Shown piece after piece: positions 35,465-45,500 of a DNA stretch of 62,402 nucleotides. The position numbers were made by a program, and so were the translations under genes. The notes beneath the pieces were generated by a model. The model ran no database searches. It was not told where the DNA came from and saw only the letters and a program-made list of their open reading frames with translations. Source of the DNA: a virus (Duplodnaviria; Caudoviricetes); the IMG/VR virus record IMGVR_UViG_3300032241_001301, positions 1 through 62,402 of that record, one strand, 5' to 3'. Numbering within the stretch: position 1 is the first letter of the stretch; each line of letters opens with the position of its first letter.

Positions 35465-37264
35465 CTAGTATCGGGCGAAACCGTAGTATCCCTGAAAGTT
35501 AGCGTTAGTTCCCTGCACAATAACTTGCATTTGCGTGTATCGCTGAATTGGCCCCGTTATTTCAAATACGCCAGTGGTGTTTGCGGTTTGACCTTCTGAA
35601 TACAAGTATTCCCGTGAGGTCCACGTTGTTCCGTCTGCTGAATCGGCAAATTGAAGAACGTAAAAAGAAGAAGGTGGGGTGGAAGAAGAAATTGACGGGT
35701 AAGTGGGGTTACTGAAACCGATTACCGGCATAGCAGATGATGGGCGTCCGCCACCCGTGAAATAATCATCGGGGTAATTGCCTACGACCTGCACATAAAT
35801 ACCCTCACCGTTGTTCCCAATGCTAAGGCTGTATCCCGTCAATCCATTGAAATACGCCCCAATGGTTGAAGAGATGGCACTTTCCAAATCCCCAATTGTT
35901 GAGTATGTGCCAGAGGGAAGATTGAAAGCGGTCGTGGTAGAGCCGTGAACGTACTCGAAATAACTATTGCCATAGACAGCAGTGCCAAAGGTGGGGTTGG
36001 TGGTAAATCCGCAGGCAATAGCGCCATTAGCACCTATGTAGTCGCTACCAAACTGACCAGGTACATTAATTTCAATACCCTCACCGTTTACGCCAATGCC
36101 GTATGTTCCATATTGCTGAGTCAAATACGCACCAAAAGTTTGAGTTTCGTCGCTACTCAAGGCACTTGACATAGCGCTCGCCACGTCGCCAACCGTGGAA
36201 TAGGTATTAGCGGCAATAGTGAAAGCGAATAAATTTTCATTGTGGACAAATTGGAAAACGTCATTATCGCCGGTGGTAATGGTTAGCGGAAGCGATGGAA
36301 GCGAATTTGCTTGGAACGTAGTTGAGTCGCCAACAACGGTTACGGGAAGCGATGGAAGCGACGTTCCCTGAAACGTGGAGGTGTACGTAGGCACAGGCGC
36401 ACTGCTTTTTGCCGTCATACCCGTTACCAGCAAGCCACCTTTATCGCTAGGTGTTTTGTTATCGTATCCAGTGGTAGATGCCGTGTAGGAAACATACCCA
36501 GAGGTCAAAAGATTGAAATACTGACCAATGCCGTTCCAAACGCCACCGCTTGCCTGAACCTCCATGTCGGCAGTAACTACGCCAGCGACGGGGGATTTCA
36601 GGTCGTACTTGGTATTGACACCGCTAGCCAAGTGGCAACGGTAGTCCTTACCCAAGTTAGATGGGATTTCACCTGAGTAGGAGGTTTGTTCGCCACCTGG
36701 GAAAACTACAACGGCAGGCAATTGGTATTGGTATGTCGCAGGGCTGGTGTTTTGGTTAGCAAGGACGGCACTAAAGAAAGCGTCCGTACCTTGTACCGTT
36801 CCTTCGTACATACCCGAAAGGTCAATCGTGCCGTCACCAAGTCCCGTAATGTACGACTTAGTGTCACCTGTGCGGAACGTCGTGGTTTCAGTAGCATCAA
36901 TGGCACGGCTAACGTCGGCACTATTGAAGTACTTGGAAAGGTCGGCGGTGTAACCGTTGTAATACGACATATAGTAACTGCTGTATCCAACGCCAGCGAT
37001 AAAAACACTTTGGGGCGTGGTCACCGTGTTGCTGATGTTATCGGCAATGGTGATGACGGCACCGGCAAGCGAATACGACACTGACGTAATGATTGACTCA
37101 AACGCTTCCGAAAGAACGTACATACCTTCGTAAATTGGGGCGTTGGCGGAAACAATGGTGATTGTCTGCGCTGTCGAATCCCACGTCGCAAGAATGTTTG
37201 TACCTTGCCAACTTGGATTGGAATAAAGTACCCGTGTATTTTTACCGTGATTGAAAATAGGCAT
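35465..37264 (-). CDS. Second tail-tube-like paralogue with C-terminal extension
   Basis: Shares MPIFxHGKN, ETTTF..KSYI.GL.D and TKYDLKSPV.GV with 34606..35361; about 350 extra residues. Confidence 0.78.
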   Translation of the reverse strand: MPIFNHGKNTRVLYSNPSWQGTNILATWDSTAQTITIVSANAPIYEGMYVLSEAFESIITSVSYSLAGAVITIADNISNTVTTPQSVFIAGVGYSSYYMSYYNGYTADLSKYFNSADVSRAIDATETTTFRTGDTKSYITGLGDGTIDLSGMYEGTVQGTDAFFSAVLANQNTSPATYQYQLPAVVVFPGGEQTSYSGEIPSNLGKDYRCHLASGVNTKYDLKSPVAGVVTADMEVQASGGVWNGIGQYFNLLTSGYVSYTASTTGYDNKTPSDKGGLLVTGMTAKSSAPVPTYTSTFQGTSLPSLPVTVVGDSTTFQANSLPSLPLTITTGDNDVFQFVHNENLFAFTIAANTYSTVGDVASAMSSALSSDETQTFGAYLTQQYGTYGIGVNGEGIEINVPGQFGSDYIGANGAIACGFTTNPTFGTAVYGNSYFEYVHGSTTTAFNLPSGTYSTIGDLESAISSTIGAYFNGLTGYSLSIGNNGEGIYVQVVGNYPDDYFTGGGRPSSAMPVIGFSNPTYPSISSSTPPSSFYVLQFADSADGTTWTSREYLYSEGQTANTTGVFEITGPIQRYTQMQVIVQGTNANFQGYYGFARY

Positions 37265-37605
37265 TACTTACCCTCAGTGGTGGTGGTTTCGGCAGGTGCA
37301 GGCGTTTCCTCGGGGGTGCTAGGGGTAGCCGGTGCTGTTTCGGGGGTCGCAGGGGGCGTTGTAGCGTTTGCTTGCGCACGGGCTTCTGCAAACTTTGCTT
37401 GCAGGGAGGAAACAATGGTGGGGGTGACGGTGGCGTTGCCATTCGACGGTGCCATCACGGGGGTGATGTTTCCTTGAGCCAACAACCAACCAATAGATTC
37501 ACTTGGGATGTCGCTGACCACTGAACCCTTGCCTACGGTCTTGCCGTTGTACGTAAGGTCGGACTTGTCGGTGACCTGATACCACTGTGTTGATGCCTTA
37601 GCCAT
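37264..37605 (-). CDS. Small structural-region protein with a Pro/Thr/Ala-rich tail
   Basis: G.VVSDIP..SIGWLL.QG.I motif; TAATG coupling to the next gene. Confidence 0.65.
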   Translation of the reverse strand: MAKASTQWYQVTDKSDLTYNGKTVGKGSVVSDIPSESIGWLLAQGNITPVMAPSNGNATVTPTIVSSLQAKFAEARAQANATTPPATPETAPATPSTPEETPAPAETTTTEGK

Positions 37606-37657
37606 TTTGCGCCCTTTTAGATACGTGCCTACCGAAAATCGTACCATTGAAAGGGGA

Positions 37658-37705
37658 AATCCCCCACTAGTACCATCGGGGGTAAACGGTACTAGTGGGG
37701 GAAAC
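37658..37705. terminator. Long hairpin / terminator
   Basis: TCCCCCACTAGTACC...GGTACTAGTGGGGGA, a 15-bp perfect stem. Confidence 0.65.
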
Positions 37706-37715
37706 TGTGGTGTCG

Positions 37716-37994
37716 CTAAGCAGCCTCTTGGTCAGCCTTGCGACGCTTGGTGCGAACCTTCGTCACCCTATCGGGGTAGAACGCTCGCATGGTCGTGTGT
37801 CCGTACACTCCGCCGTGGGCGATAATGCTGATTGCCTTACCGTCCACTACGTGTGCCGAAATAAATCGGAAATCGCCACGTTCACCAGAAACCTTGATGG
37901 TGTCGCCTGCAATCAAATCATTCCATTCCTCTACCGCTACCCACTGTGGGGTGTAGGCAGGGGTCATGGGTTCTGCGATATTACGCTTTGCCAT
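37716..37994 (-). CDS. Hypothetical SH3/KOW-like small protein with its own promoter
   Basis: GDTIKVSGERG.FRF...RAFYPDRV; AGGAG SD. Confidence 0.68.
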   Translation of the reverse strand: MAKRNIAEPMTPAYTPQWVAVEEWNDLIAGDTIKVSGERGDFRFISAHVVDGKAISIIAHGGVYGHTTMRAFYPDRVTKVRTKRRKADQEAA

Positions 37995-38036
37995 TCACTT
38001 CTCCTAAATAATCAGTATCTAAACTACAACACGTTC

Positions 38037-38065
38037 ATCTTATCATGCGCACGTCACAAAATCAA
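38037..38065 (-). promoter_or_regulatory. Internal promoter
   Basis: TTGATT-17-TAAGAT with an extended TG. Confidence 0.55.
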
Positions 38066-38319
38066 ATTGAGATTTGCTCACCACAATCGCACAGGCGATA
38101 CGAACCAGACATAGTGGATACCACTACCCCTTTTTTGTGGGTGCAAGCCTCGAGGGCAAGTTCCAACTGCTGTTCGCCATCGTCGGGATTTTCTGACGGG
38201 GATGTGGTGTCGCCATATCCCAGCATTTGCTCAACGGCTAGCAAAGCGTTGATAGACGCTTCGTTTGCCAGACGGGCCGCACGGAGGCTAACAATGATTG
38301 GTGAAAGTTCATCGGTCAT
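38062..38319 (-). CDS. Hypothetical protein with a C-terminal CxH...CxC motif
   Basis: ATGA overlap with the tail terminator gene. Confidence 0.6.
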   Translation of the reverse strand: MTDELSPIIVSLRAARLANEASINALLAVEQMLGYGDTTSPSENPDDGEQQLELALEACTHKKGVVVSTMSGSYRLCDCGEQISI

Positions 38320-38771
38320 AGGACAGGAAGATTACTACTGTCGGCGTTCGTGTGGAAAGTAAAGTTCATGGTGAACTTGGGTCGGTTGATGTCGTCGTAG
38401 CCCGTGGGGTTTGGAATACCTTGCGGTTCGATACGAATAACATACGGAAAATACGTTTCATCAGGAACAACGTAGCCACACAGGGTGTTGCGGATTAGCA
38501 CGCACCACGCCTTGACCGTCGGGTAATCCTCCGGTTCACCACGCACGGAAATTTGAATACGTGGGTGTTCCAATGCAGAAATGTATGAACCCATGGTGAA
38601 GGTAGGGGGTTGCCCCTCGTACTCGTAAATGGTGACGACGCTGTTCCCTGCCTCGGCTGGGGTGCGACCAAGAAACAGGTTCACGCCCGTCTTTAGATAC
38701 TGGTCTGGGTAATCGGTAGGGTTCAGTTTTGCTGAAAGAAACGAGGCAATGCTCTCGATTAGTGCGGTCAT
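38316..38771 (-). CDS. Tail terminator / minor capsid-family neck protein
   Basis: PRIQISVRG...D...RPKFTMNF; gene order fits. Confidence 0.78.
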   Translation of the reverse strand: MTALIESIASFLSAKLNPTDYPDQYLKTGVNLFLGRTPAEAGNSVVTIYEYEGQPPTFTMGSYISALEHPRIQISVRGEPEDYPTVKAWCVLIRNTLCGYVVPDETYFPYVIRIEPQGIPNPTGYDDINRPKFTMNFTFHTNADSSNLPVL

Positions 38772-39184
38772 TTTCTCTTCATGCCTTTCTTTACGCCCTC
38801 GACCAACGCCTGCTTAGCGGCATCCCTTAGTCGTTGTTCGTTTTGCGCCATTGGAGTTTCCAAATATTTGGCTTGAGTGGGTGGCTTGTGAAAAACCGAC
38901 AAATCTTCGTGTACCTCTACAGCGTAGGTTACTGAAGGATTGCCGTACTTGATGTCTGCTTTTATTTTTTCGCCGTCAGCATTTTCGCTGGCTGGTGTGA
39001 AAACGCCCGACGCTTTTAAGGCACCTGTTTTCACCGGCACAAGTTCTTGGCTCTGGTCAAATACTTCTTTCATTATTTCGTCCACTGAAACAGAAACAAT
39101 TTCGTTAACTTGTTTCATAATGCGCTTGGGGTTGGGCAAAGTTTTTTTATCCAACGTCAGTTTGAACTTGAATCCTTGCGCCAT
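38768..39184 (-). CDS. HK97 gp10-like tail completion protein
   Basis: SQELVPVKTGALKASG...YAVEVHE...QAKYLE.P. Confidence 0.82.
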   Translation of the reverse strand: MAQGFKFKLTLDKKTLPNPKRIMKQVNEIVSVSVDEIMKEVFDQSQELVPVKTGALKASGVFTPASENADGEKIKADIKYGNPSVTYAVEVHEDLSVFHKPPTQAKYLETPMAQNEQRLRDAAKQALVEGVKKGMKRK

Positions 39185-39192
39185 TGCACTAC

Positions 39193-39663
39193 CTACTCGA
39201 AGTGCAGGGTTGTGTTGTAGCCAATCAACCCACTTTCGTCGTAGTTGTTCTCGACGTACATAATGACGGGGTGCTTTAGCGACGGTTGCGTTTGGTTGGG
39301 GACGGTGACACGGCTTTCGGTGCTAATACCCAAGTAGAACCCGTCTAGATACGCACGCCCCGAACTAACACGGTCACGCCCGTCAATGGTTGCTAGAACC
39401 TTTATTTGGTATTCCAAACGGCACAAATACTTCTGGGGCGGTCCGTATTCCACCGTGCTGTTGCTTGTTCCGCTAGGTTCCACAAAGTGGCGACCATACC
39501 CGTCAAGGGTGGCGGTGTTCGGGTTGGCAACGTAGTTAGGGTTTGGAATAACGTTTTCTACCAAAATAGTTTGTGTCATTAAGGCTTTTAGTTCAGGGTC
39601 AATCCCGACGGTTGCTATACCGTTGGGATTATTCTGTCCTTCGTAGCCGTAATAAATCGTCAT
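39193..39663 (-). CDS. Head-to-tail stopper/closure protein
   Basis: DGYG...YG......CR.E...V....G....S...Y; gene order fits. Confidence 0.7.
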   Translation of the reverse strand: MTIYYGYEGQNNPNGIATVGIDPELKALMTQTILVENVIPNPNYVANPNTATLDGYGRHFVEPSGTSNSTVEYGPPQKYLCRLEYQIKVLATIDGRDRVSSGRAYLDGFYLGISTESRVTVPNQTQPSLKHPVIMYVENNYDESGLIGYNTTLHFE

Positions 39664-40223
39664 TAGTCGGCGTTGCCTTCCGACAAAACGGACTCGATTT
39701 CACCTTGTACCAAGTCGTCGTCGGTAATAATGTCGCCAGTTTCGGCGGTGTAGTCACCCATGTATTCGGGGGCATAGCCCGTTCCATACGTGGTGGTAGT
39801 GCCAAGAATTGAGCCGCTAGGCCATGCATTTGGAACGGCGTAGTAGGGGTCGAACTCGCCAATAACCAGTTCCGCACCCAAAGCATTGGGGTCTGCTGAA
39901 ACAAGTGGCGGATTGACACGACGACCACGGAGTAACAAGTCCTTAGCAAGACGCTCGTAGCGTTGCGCACGGTCGCCATACGACTGCGACAGGCTAAGTC
40001 CACCAACAGACTTAGAGGTGGATTGCGCAAGGCCGGTGAACTGGGCTGCCAAGTTGTAGCAAACATTGGAAGCGGCCCGATACAGGTTTTGATTTACTTC
40101 GCCTAGTGAAAAGTAAATCTCCTCGTCTTGAACAAGGGGGTTTGCTTCTACGGTGTCACCAATCATGAACCGTAGTGCGTCCTTGCCGGAACTTTGGGGA
40201 TTACCCGAGTACGTCCACGTCAT
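39663..40223 (-). CDS. Head-to-tail adaptor
   Basis: MTWTYSGNP.....D.LRF.IGDT....P.VQDEEI...SVGGLS.S. Confidence 0.8.
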   Translation of the reverse strand: MTWTYSGNPQSSGKDALRFMIGDTVEANPLVQDEEIYFSLGEVNQNLYRAASNVCYNLAAQFTGLAQSTSKSVGGLSLSQSYGDRAQRYERLAKDLLLRGRRVNPPLVSADPNALGAELVIGEFDPYYAVPNAWPSGSILGTTTTYGTGYAPEYMGDYTAETGDIITDDDLVQGEIESVLSEGNAD

Positions 40224-40576
40224 TAGACCAGCACACTTTCGTCAATAATCAACGTTCCCGTCATAACACGGGAAGCCCCGTTCGAGGTTTGGGCGGCGGT
40301 GATTTGGAAACGCCAACGCCCAGCAGACAAAGCGGAAAGTTCACCGATAGCCCAGTTCACGGTCAAGTTGGGTTGTCCGGCAACGGGTGGTGACATTGTG
40401 TTGGGAACAAAGTACGTTTGGTCGGTCTTGGTAACGACAGCAGGGTTCGGTGGTTGTCCAATCGTCATCTTGAACGTCCATCCACTACTGAAATCCAACG
40501 GGTTTCCTGACGCATCTACCCATTGAAACGAAGCGGCTGGCAAATTGACAGCAGGGGTGGGGTAATGAATGGTCAT
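40223..40576 (-). CDS. Small Ig/BppU-like structural protein
   Basis: D..G.PLD.S.GW...LSAGRW..QI...G.L.I pattern. Confidence 0.6.
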   Translation of the reverse strand: MTIHYPTPAVNLPAASFQWVDASGNPLDFSSGWTFKMTIGQPPNPAVVTKTDQTYFVPNTMSPPVAGQPNLTVNWAIGELSALSAGRWRFQITAAQTSNGASRVMTGTLIIDESVLV

Positions 40577-40606
40577 TTTTATCCTTTAGCGACTAGATGG
40601 GGAGCG

Positions 40607-41263
40607 TTAGTGTCCGTCTGCATAAAATGATACCCCGTCCTCTTGGAAAGTCTCGGTTGATACACCCGTTGTATATTCCCCGTTTGTGGGGTTTGTAAAG
40701 GTTTCACTGGTGTTCTTGGTGTAGAACGGACTGGGATTTTGGCTTCCGAAAATGAACGACGTTATTGCCGACTTGAAGTAGTGGGAAATGCCAACGGACT
40801 TTTCCACCAGTGATACAGCGCTGGCACGCAAAGCCGAAACGGATTTTCTGCCCGTGCTTGACGACGGTAGTGCTGATGCCGAACCCGTAGTGTAGGTCCT
40901 TGCCTTGGGCGAGTTGGTGCTTTCCAAAAGTGCTGTTTCACTTATTGCACTTACGGTGCGAGACTTTGTGCCGTTGGTGACTTCCACCTCGGAAACCTCT
41001 GTAAATCGAACCGCATCGACGTTTCGTGAACCATTAGCCGTTTCCACCAATGCGTTGCTTGACGACCGTACCGCCGAGTAATTATTGGACACTTGGGACA
41101 ATTGGATTTCACTACTAGCGGAAACCCTGACACGCCCGTGAATTGAAGTGGCGTTGTTTAGTTCTTGCAGGCTCGCTTCGCTGGCGTTGGAGAGAAAACG
41201 ACCAGAAAAGTAGTATTGACCGCCATTTCGGAACGCTTGGCTGTACTTTGCTCCCCGTGCCAT
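40607..41263 (-). CDS. Hypothetical Ser/Thr-rich structural protein
   Basis: ~21-aa periodic repeats (SALRASA..LVE); lies within the structural cluster. Confidence 0.6.
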   Translation of the reverse strand: MARGAKYSQAFRNGGQYYFSGRFLSNASEASLQELNNATSIHGRVRVSASSEIQLSQVSNNYSAVRSSSNALVETANGSRNVDAVRFTEVSEVEVTNGTKSRTVSAISETALLESTNSPKARTYTTGSASALPSSSTGRKSVSALRASAVSLVEKSVGISHYFKSAITSFIFGSQNPSPFYTKNTSETFTNPTNGEYTTGVSTETFQEDGVSFYADGH

Positions 41264-41282
41264 TTGCGCCCCTAAATGCTAC

Positions 41283-42527
41283 CTAGATGGAAAGGATACC
41301 ACCGAAACGCTCGCTATCATTTTTCAGCGCAATCAAGTTTGCTTGTACATAACTAATGTCGTTTTGTTGGTGCCACTCGGTGGGGTAATACGTGCGCAAG
41401 CGTGAAACTTGGAACCGTGCGGTCACTTCGGGGACAAATCGCTGAAAATTCAAGTCAGTCCAATACCAATGGCTTTGCTCAACGTAGTACGAGATGTGCG
41501 TCGGGTCCATAAATGCGCCGTTCCCTCGAGCCGATGGTGTCAGGGTAAGCATCATTCCACCATTAGCAAGTACACGGTGGGCTTCGTTCCAAAACTCGAT
41601 TTTGCGCATTGGGTCAAGGTGTTCCAAGAAGTCCGACGCACGGATTACACCAACACTGTCGTCGGGGCAAGCACCCAATACGTCAAACACGTCGCCAATG
41701 TGGTCGGCTGGTTCGTGCAAATCTACCGTTTGGTAACCAATGGCTGGGTTGTGCGCACCGCCTAGGTCAAAGGCAAACAAGTCATTGTCCTTAGACCATT
41801 TCACCATTAGGTCCGAGATATGGCGTTCGTATAGTTCTAGTGTTCCAGTTTGGATTGCTGGGTTGACATCTGGTTGCGCTTGTGTTTGACCGGAGTGAAC
41901 ACGTTGTAGGTACAAGTTTTTTTTAATGTGGTGAAAACGTGTAACCGTGTATAAACGACACATCAGGTCTTGGTCATCTAGGACGGTAAAGGTGTGGTTG
42001 TATCCGCCAACGGCTTTATACGGTTCACGACGAAATGCTCGTAGGTGATTAGGGGCGTACCAGATTTGTGCGACGTGGTGGGGATGTGGAGACTTTCCAT
42101 TTACCACCAAGTAATCGCCCATTTCATACGTCCACCCATACGCTGGGTTGAATATTGTGTGGTTAGGTGTTCCGTCCTCGTTGATTTGGGCAAAGTCGGA
42201 ATACACAAACCCTACGTCGGGGTTTTCACTAAACGCACTAGCCACTTCTTCCAATGCAGTTGGCATAAGAAGGTCGTCGTGGTCAAGTTCTAGCAGTATG
42301 TCGCCGGTACAAAGTTCTACAGCGTACTTTTTTAGCGCACCCACGCCTTTTACGTTTGGTTCGGCGTGGTGAACCTTTATACGGTCATCAAGTGGCGATT
42401 CCCACTCCGCCCCGTTGTTTAGCAAGACAACCCATTCCCAGTTGGGGTTGGTTTGAAAAAGCAAACTTTCGGAGGCTTCGTTTAGCCACTTTGGATTGTG
42501 GCTAGGGGTAAATACTGAAATCGTCAT
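41283..42527 (-). CDS. GT2 glycosyltransferase fused to a class I SAM-methyltransferase-like domain
   Basis: ISVFTPSH, ELDHDD (DxD), DDQDL; then DLGG...SDFLEHL...HRVLANGG..LTP...DPTH. Confidence 0.85.
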   Translation of the reverse strand: MTISVFTPSHNPKWLNEASESLLFQTNPNWEWVVLLNNGAEWESPLDDRIKVHHAEPNVKGVGALKKYAVELCTGDILLELDHDDLLMPTALEEVASAFSENPDVGFVYSDFAQINEDGTPNHTIFNPAYGWTYEMGDYLVVNGKSPHPHHVAQIWYAPNHLRAFRREPYKAVGGYNHTFTVLDDQDLMCRLYTVTRFHHIKKNLYLQRVHSGQTQAQPDVNPAIQTGTLELYERHISDLMVKWSKDNDLFAFDLGGAHNPAIGYQTVDLHEPADHIGDVFDVLGACPDDSVGVIRASDFLEHLDPMRKIEFWNEAHRVLANGGMMLTLTPSARGNGAFMDPTHISYYVEQSHWYWTDLNFQRFVPEVTARFQVSRLRTYYPTEWHQQNDISYVQANLIALKNDSERFGGILSI

Positions 42528-42546
42528 AGACGATAACTATAGCCCT

Positions 42547-45500
42547 TTACGCTAAGCGTTTTACAAAAGCCAACGAGGTCATAACAGCACTAGAGCCAGG
42601 GGTCACGTCGAGGTGAATGGATTGTGCCGTTGAAACTGTCACGGTTCCAGTTGAGCCTGGGATGGGGGAGGCAAATAGTCCCAGACCCGTCGAAGATGTC
42701 AGTTCGTTTTGCGCAAAGGCGGCGCAGGCAAAGGTCGCCGTGCCGGTAGTAATCGCCGTACACATAGCCACCACACGGATTGCGGATTGGTCAATGGCGG
42801 CGGTGTTGGTTCCCGAGGTCCACGTTGCGATAGATGTGTCGGTTGTCGCACCCGAGGTGGTCGTACCCACACGAACGTTCATGCTCCACGTCGCCGTACC
42901 TGCGCCAGTTTTGATAAGTTGCACGTCCCATTCCCAGCACGAGTTGACGCTAATGTCACCAGCCACCGTAAGGGGCCACACGGAACCCGTGAGGATGTTG
43001 TCCGAACTTGCCGTGAGCGACTGCAGAGACGATGGAATGGCGGTGGGGGTTGCTAAACGGTAAATGAGTCCCGTTCCGGCGGCGTTGGTTTGTAGCGTCG
43101 AGCCTGCTACGCCGACTGCGCTGAGGTTTGTACCACCATTAGCGACGGGCAAAACACCAGTTACACCAGTGGTTAGTGAAACGTTAGTGATTGTGTTGTT
43201 TGACCCGTTGATGGTCTTGTTTGTGAGCGTTTGCGTAGCGGCGATTGCTGCTACTGTGTCTGTTACCGCAGGGTGCGTTAAGGTAAACCCATTTTGTACA
43301 AGGTTAAGCACGTTTCCCGTGGAGTTCATCTGGATTGTATTGCCAAAAAGCCCCAGCGTCAAAATCCCCGAAATTTGTGGGCTGTTTTGTTGAACCACCA
43401 AACCCGTACCCGTACCGCTTACCCACGATGGTACTTGCGTGGCACCAGTTGACGCAAGGAACTCACTGTTGTAAGTAGGGTTAGAACTTGGTATATAACC
43501 GAGTACCGTACCACTAACGGCATAAGGTATTGACCCCGTAGAAGGAACTGTAGATGTTCCCGTGCCACCGTTAGCAATTGGAAGTGCGCCGGTAACACCA
43601 GTCGTTAGGGAAACGTTGCTTATGGTGTTGTTAGTCCCAGAAATATTTTTGTTAGTAAGTGTTTGGTTAGCGGCTACCCCAGCAAGGGTATCGGGACCAT
43701 TTGGCAGGGTTAGCGAACCAGAAGCAGTAAGGGCGGCAGCAAGGGTAACCGTACCAGTATTTGCCCCTGAAAAACTTACCGCTCCTGTTAACAAGGGGGC
43801 GGAAAGTGTTTTGTTAGTAAGGGTAGCCGTTGACGATAGTGAAACCAAAATGTCACTACCGCCAATAAAAGGCGGAGTATAAAGTGTTCCACCACCAGTT
43901 GTCGTTGTAGCCGAAACATTTAAAAGTGTGCTACTACCTGTGCCTTGAAGGTAAAAACCACTTATACTAAAGTTTTTGTTGGTATTAGAAAGCGAAGAGT
44001 TGCTTGTGATTAATGAGTATGGATTTATTGCACTTACGCCTAGCGTCCCACTAGAACTAAATGGAATTTGATACACCGCACCGCCGAGTGCGGTTCCTGA
44101 TTGAACATTAACCAACGAAGCGGCAAGTTTTGCAGGTGTGTCTGCATCGTTATCACGGGTGAAAACTACAGGCGCATTGACGTATCCAAATGTTACGCTA
44201 GCCGTTCCAGGGTTAAACACCAAACCTGCGGTAGTTATGGCTCCTGACGATATGGTGGCGATTTTCCAAACGCCGTTGTATCCCGTGACAGTTGCACCAG
44301 TTACTGAAATGTATTGACCAACAGAAAGCCCAAGTGTTCCAAAAACGTTTCCTGTTTGGAAAAAAGTTATTGTTCCAGCAGACCATGAAGCATTACTAAC
44401 GGCGATTGTTGATGACGTACCCGTGAATACCTGTGTGGCGTTCCAAATACCATTTTGTGTGGCGGTACTTTGCCCTGTAAACAAATATCGTGTGCCGAGG
44501 GAAGCAATAATGCCATCAGCAGTAAAAGTGCCAGTTGGCCCAAAAAACATATCCGTTGCAAGGGGATAGTCAAGGGTTAGGTTGCCAATTTGTGCTGTTC
44601 CAAAACCCGTTGCCGTACCGCCAGCGCCGTTGGTGGAATATGTAGTAAACGTTGTGGAAGTGGCACTATTAATGACATACGTTCCGTTTAGCGACGATGG
44701 TGTCATTCCCGTAATGGTAACTAGCGTTCCAGCAACGGGAGTTATGCCGGTAGTGGTGTAGGTATAGACGGCGTTATTCGCCCCGTATGAAGCGGCCGTA
44801 ATAGTTAGGGTTTGCCCAACCACATACGTTCCCGAAACATTACTTTGGGCAACTGCCGACACGGGTTCGTGAATTGTGTATGAAACCCATTCGGGTCCAC
44901 CGTTAGCAATGTTTCCGTATGACGTAAGCAACTGACCGGCGCTTCCAGCCCCACCACCGTTGCTTGATGTATCGGTGTAACCACCCGAGCCATTACCAAA
45001 CACGACTGCGCCAGCAGAAGGAGTGTACGAACCAACACCACCGTTGGCGGCTGGCAGAGTCCCTGTCACGCCGCTCGTCAATGAAACGTTAGTGATTGTG
45101 TTGTTTGACCCGTTGATGGTCTTGTTGGTGAGCGTTTGTGTTGCGGCGATTGCGGCGACCGTGTCAGTTGAACCAACGAGTGTCGGGAGGGAGAACGTCG
45201 TATTTGTCGATTGTCCCGAGGGCGCAGTAATTGTGGCGTTGCCGCCCGACCCCGTTGAGAATGAAGCAGTCCCGGGGTAAGTCGTGCCACCAGCATTGGT
45301 GAACGTTGGCGACACGATAGTCGGATTGTTAATGATTGGCGATGCCGAAAGCACGACGCTACCCGCACCAGTTACGGACTTGCTACTGAACACCTGATAG
45401 ACCGGGATAGCAGTTGTACCAAGCGTGGCTGAAGCAGTGTTCGCCAAAGCAATCTGCCACGTCGTTCCACCGTAGGTCGTACCCTGATTGACCTGAATGA

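Noticed and set aside
43178-45126. Near-identical repeats in the fibre gene as a DGR template/variable pair
   Set aside because: Both copies are coding, the differences are not adenine-specific, and no reverse transcriptase is in the window.
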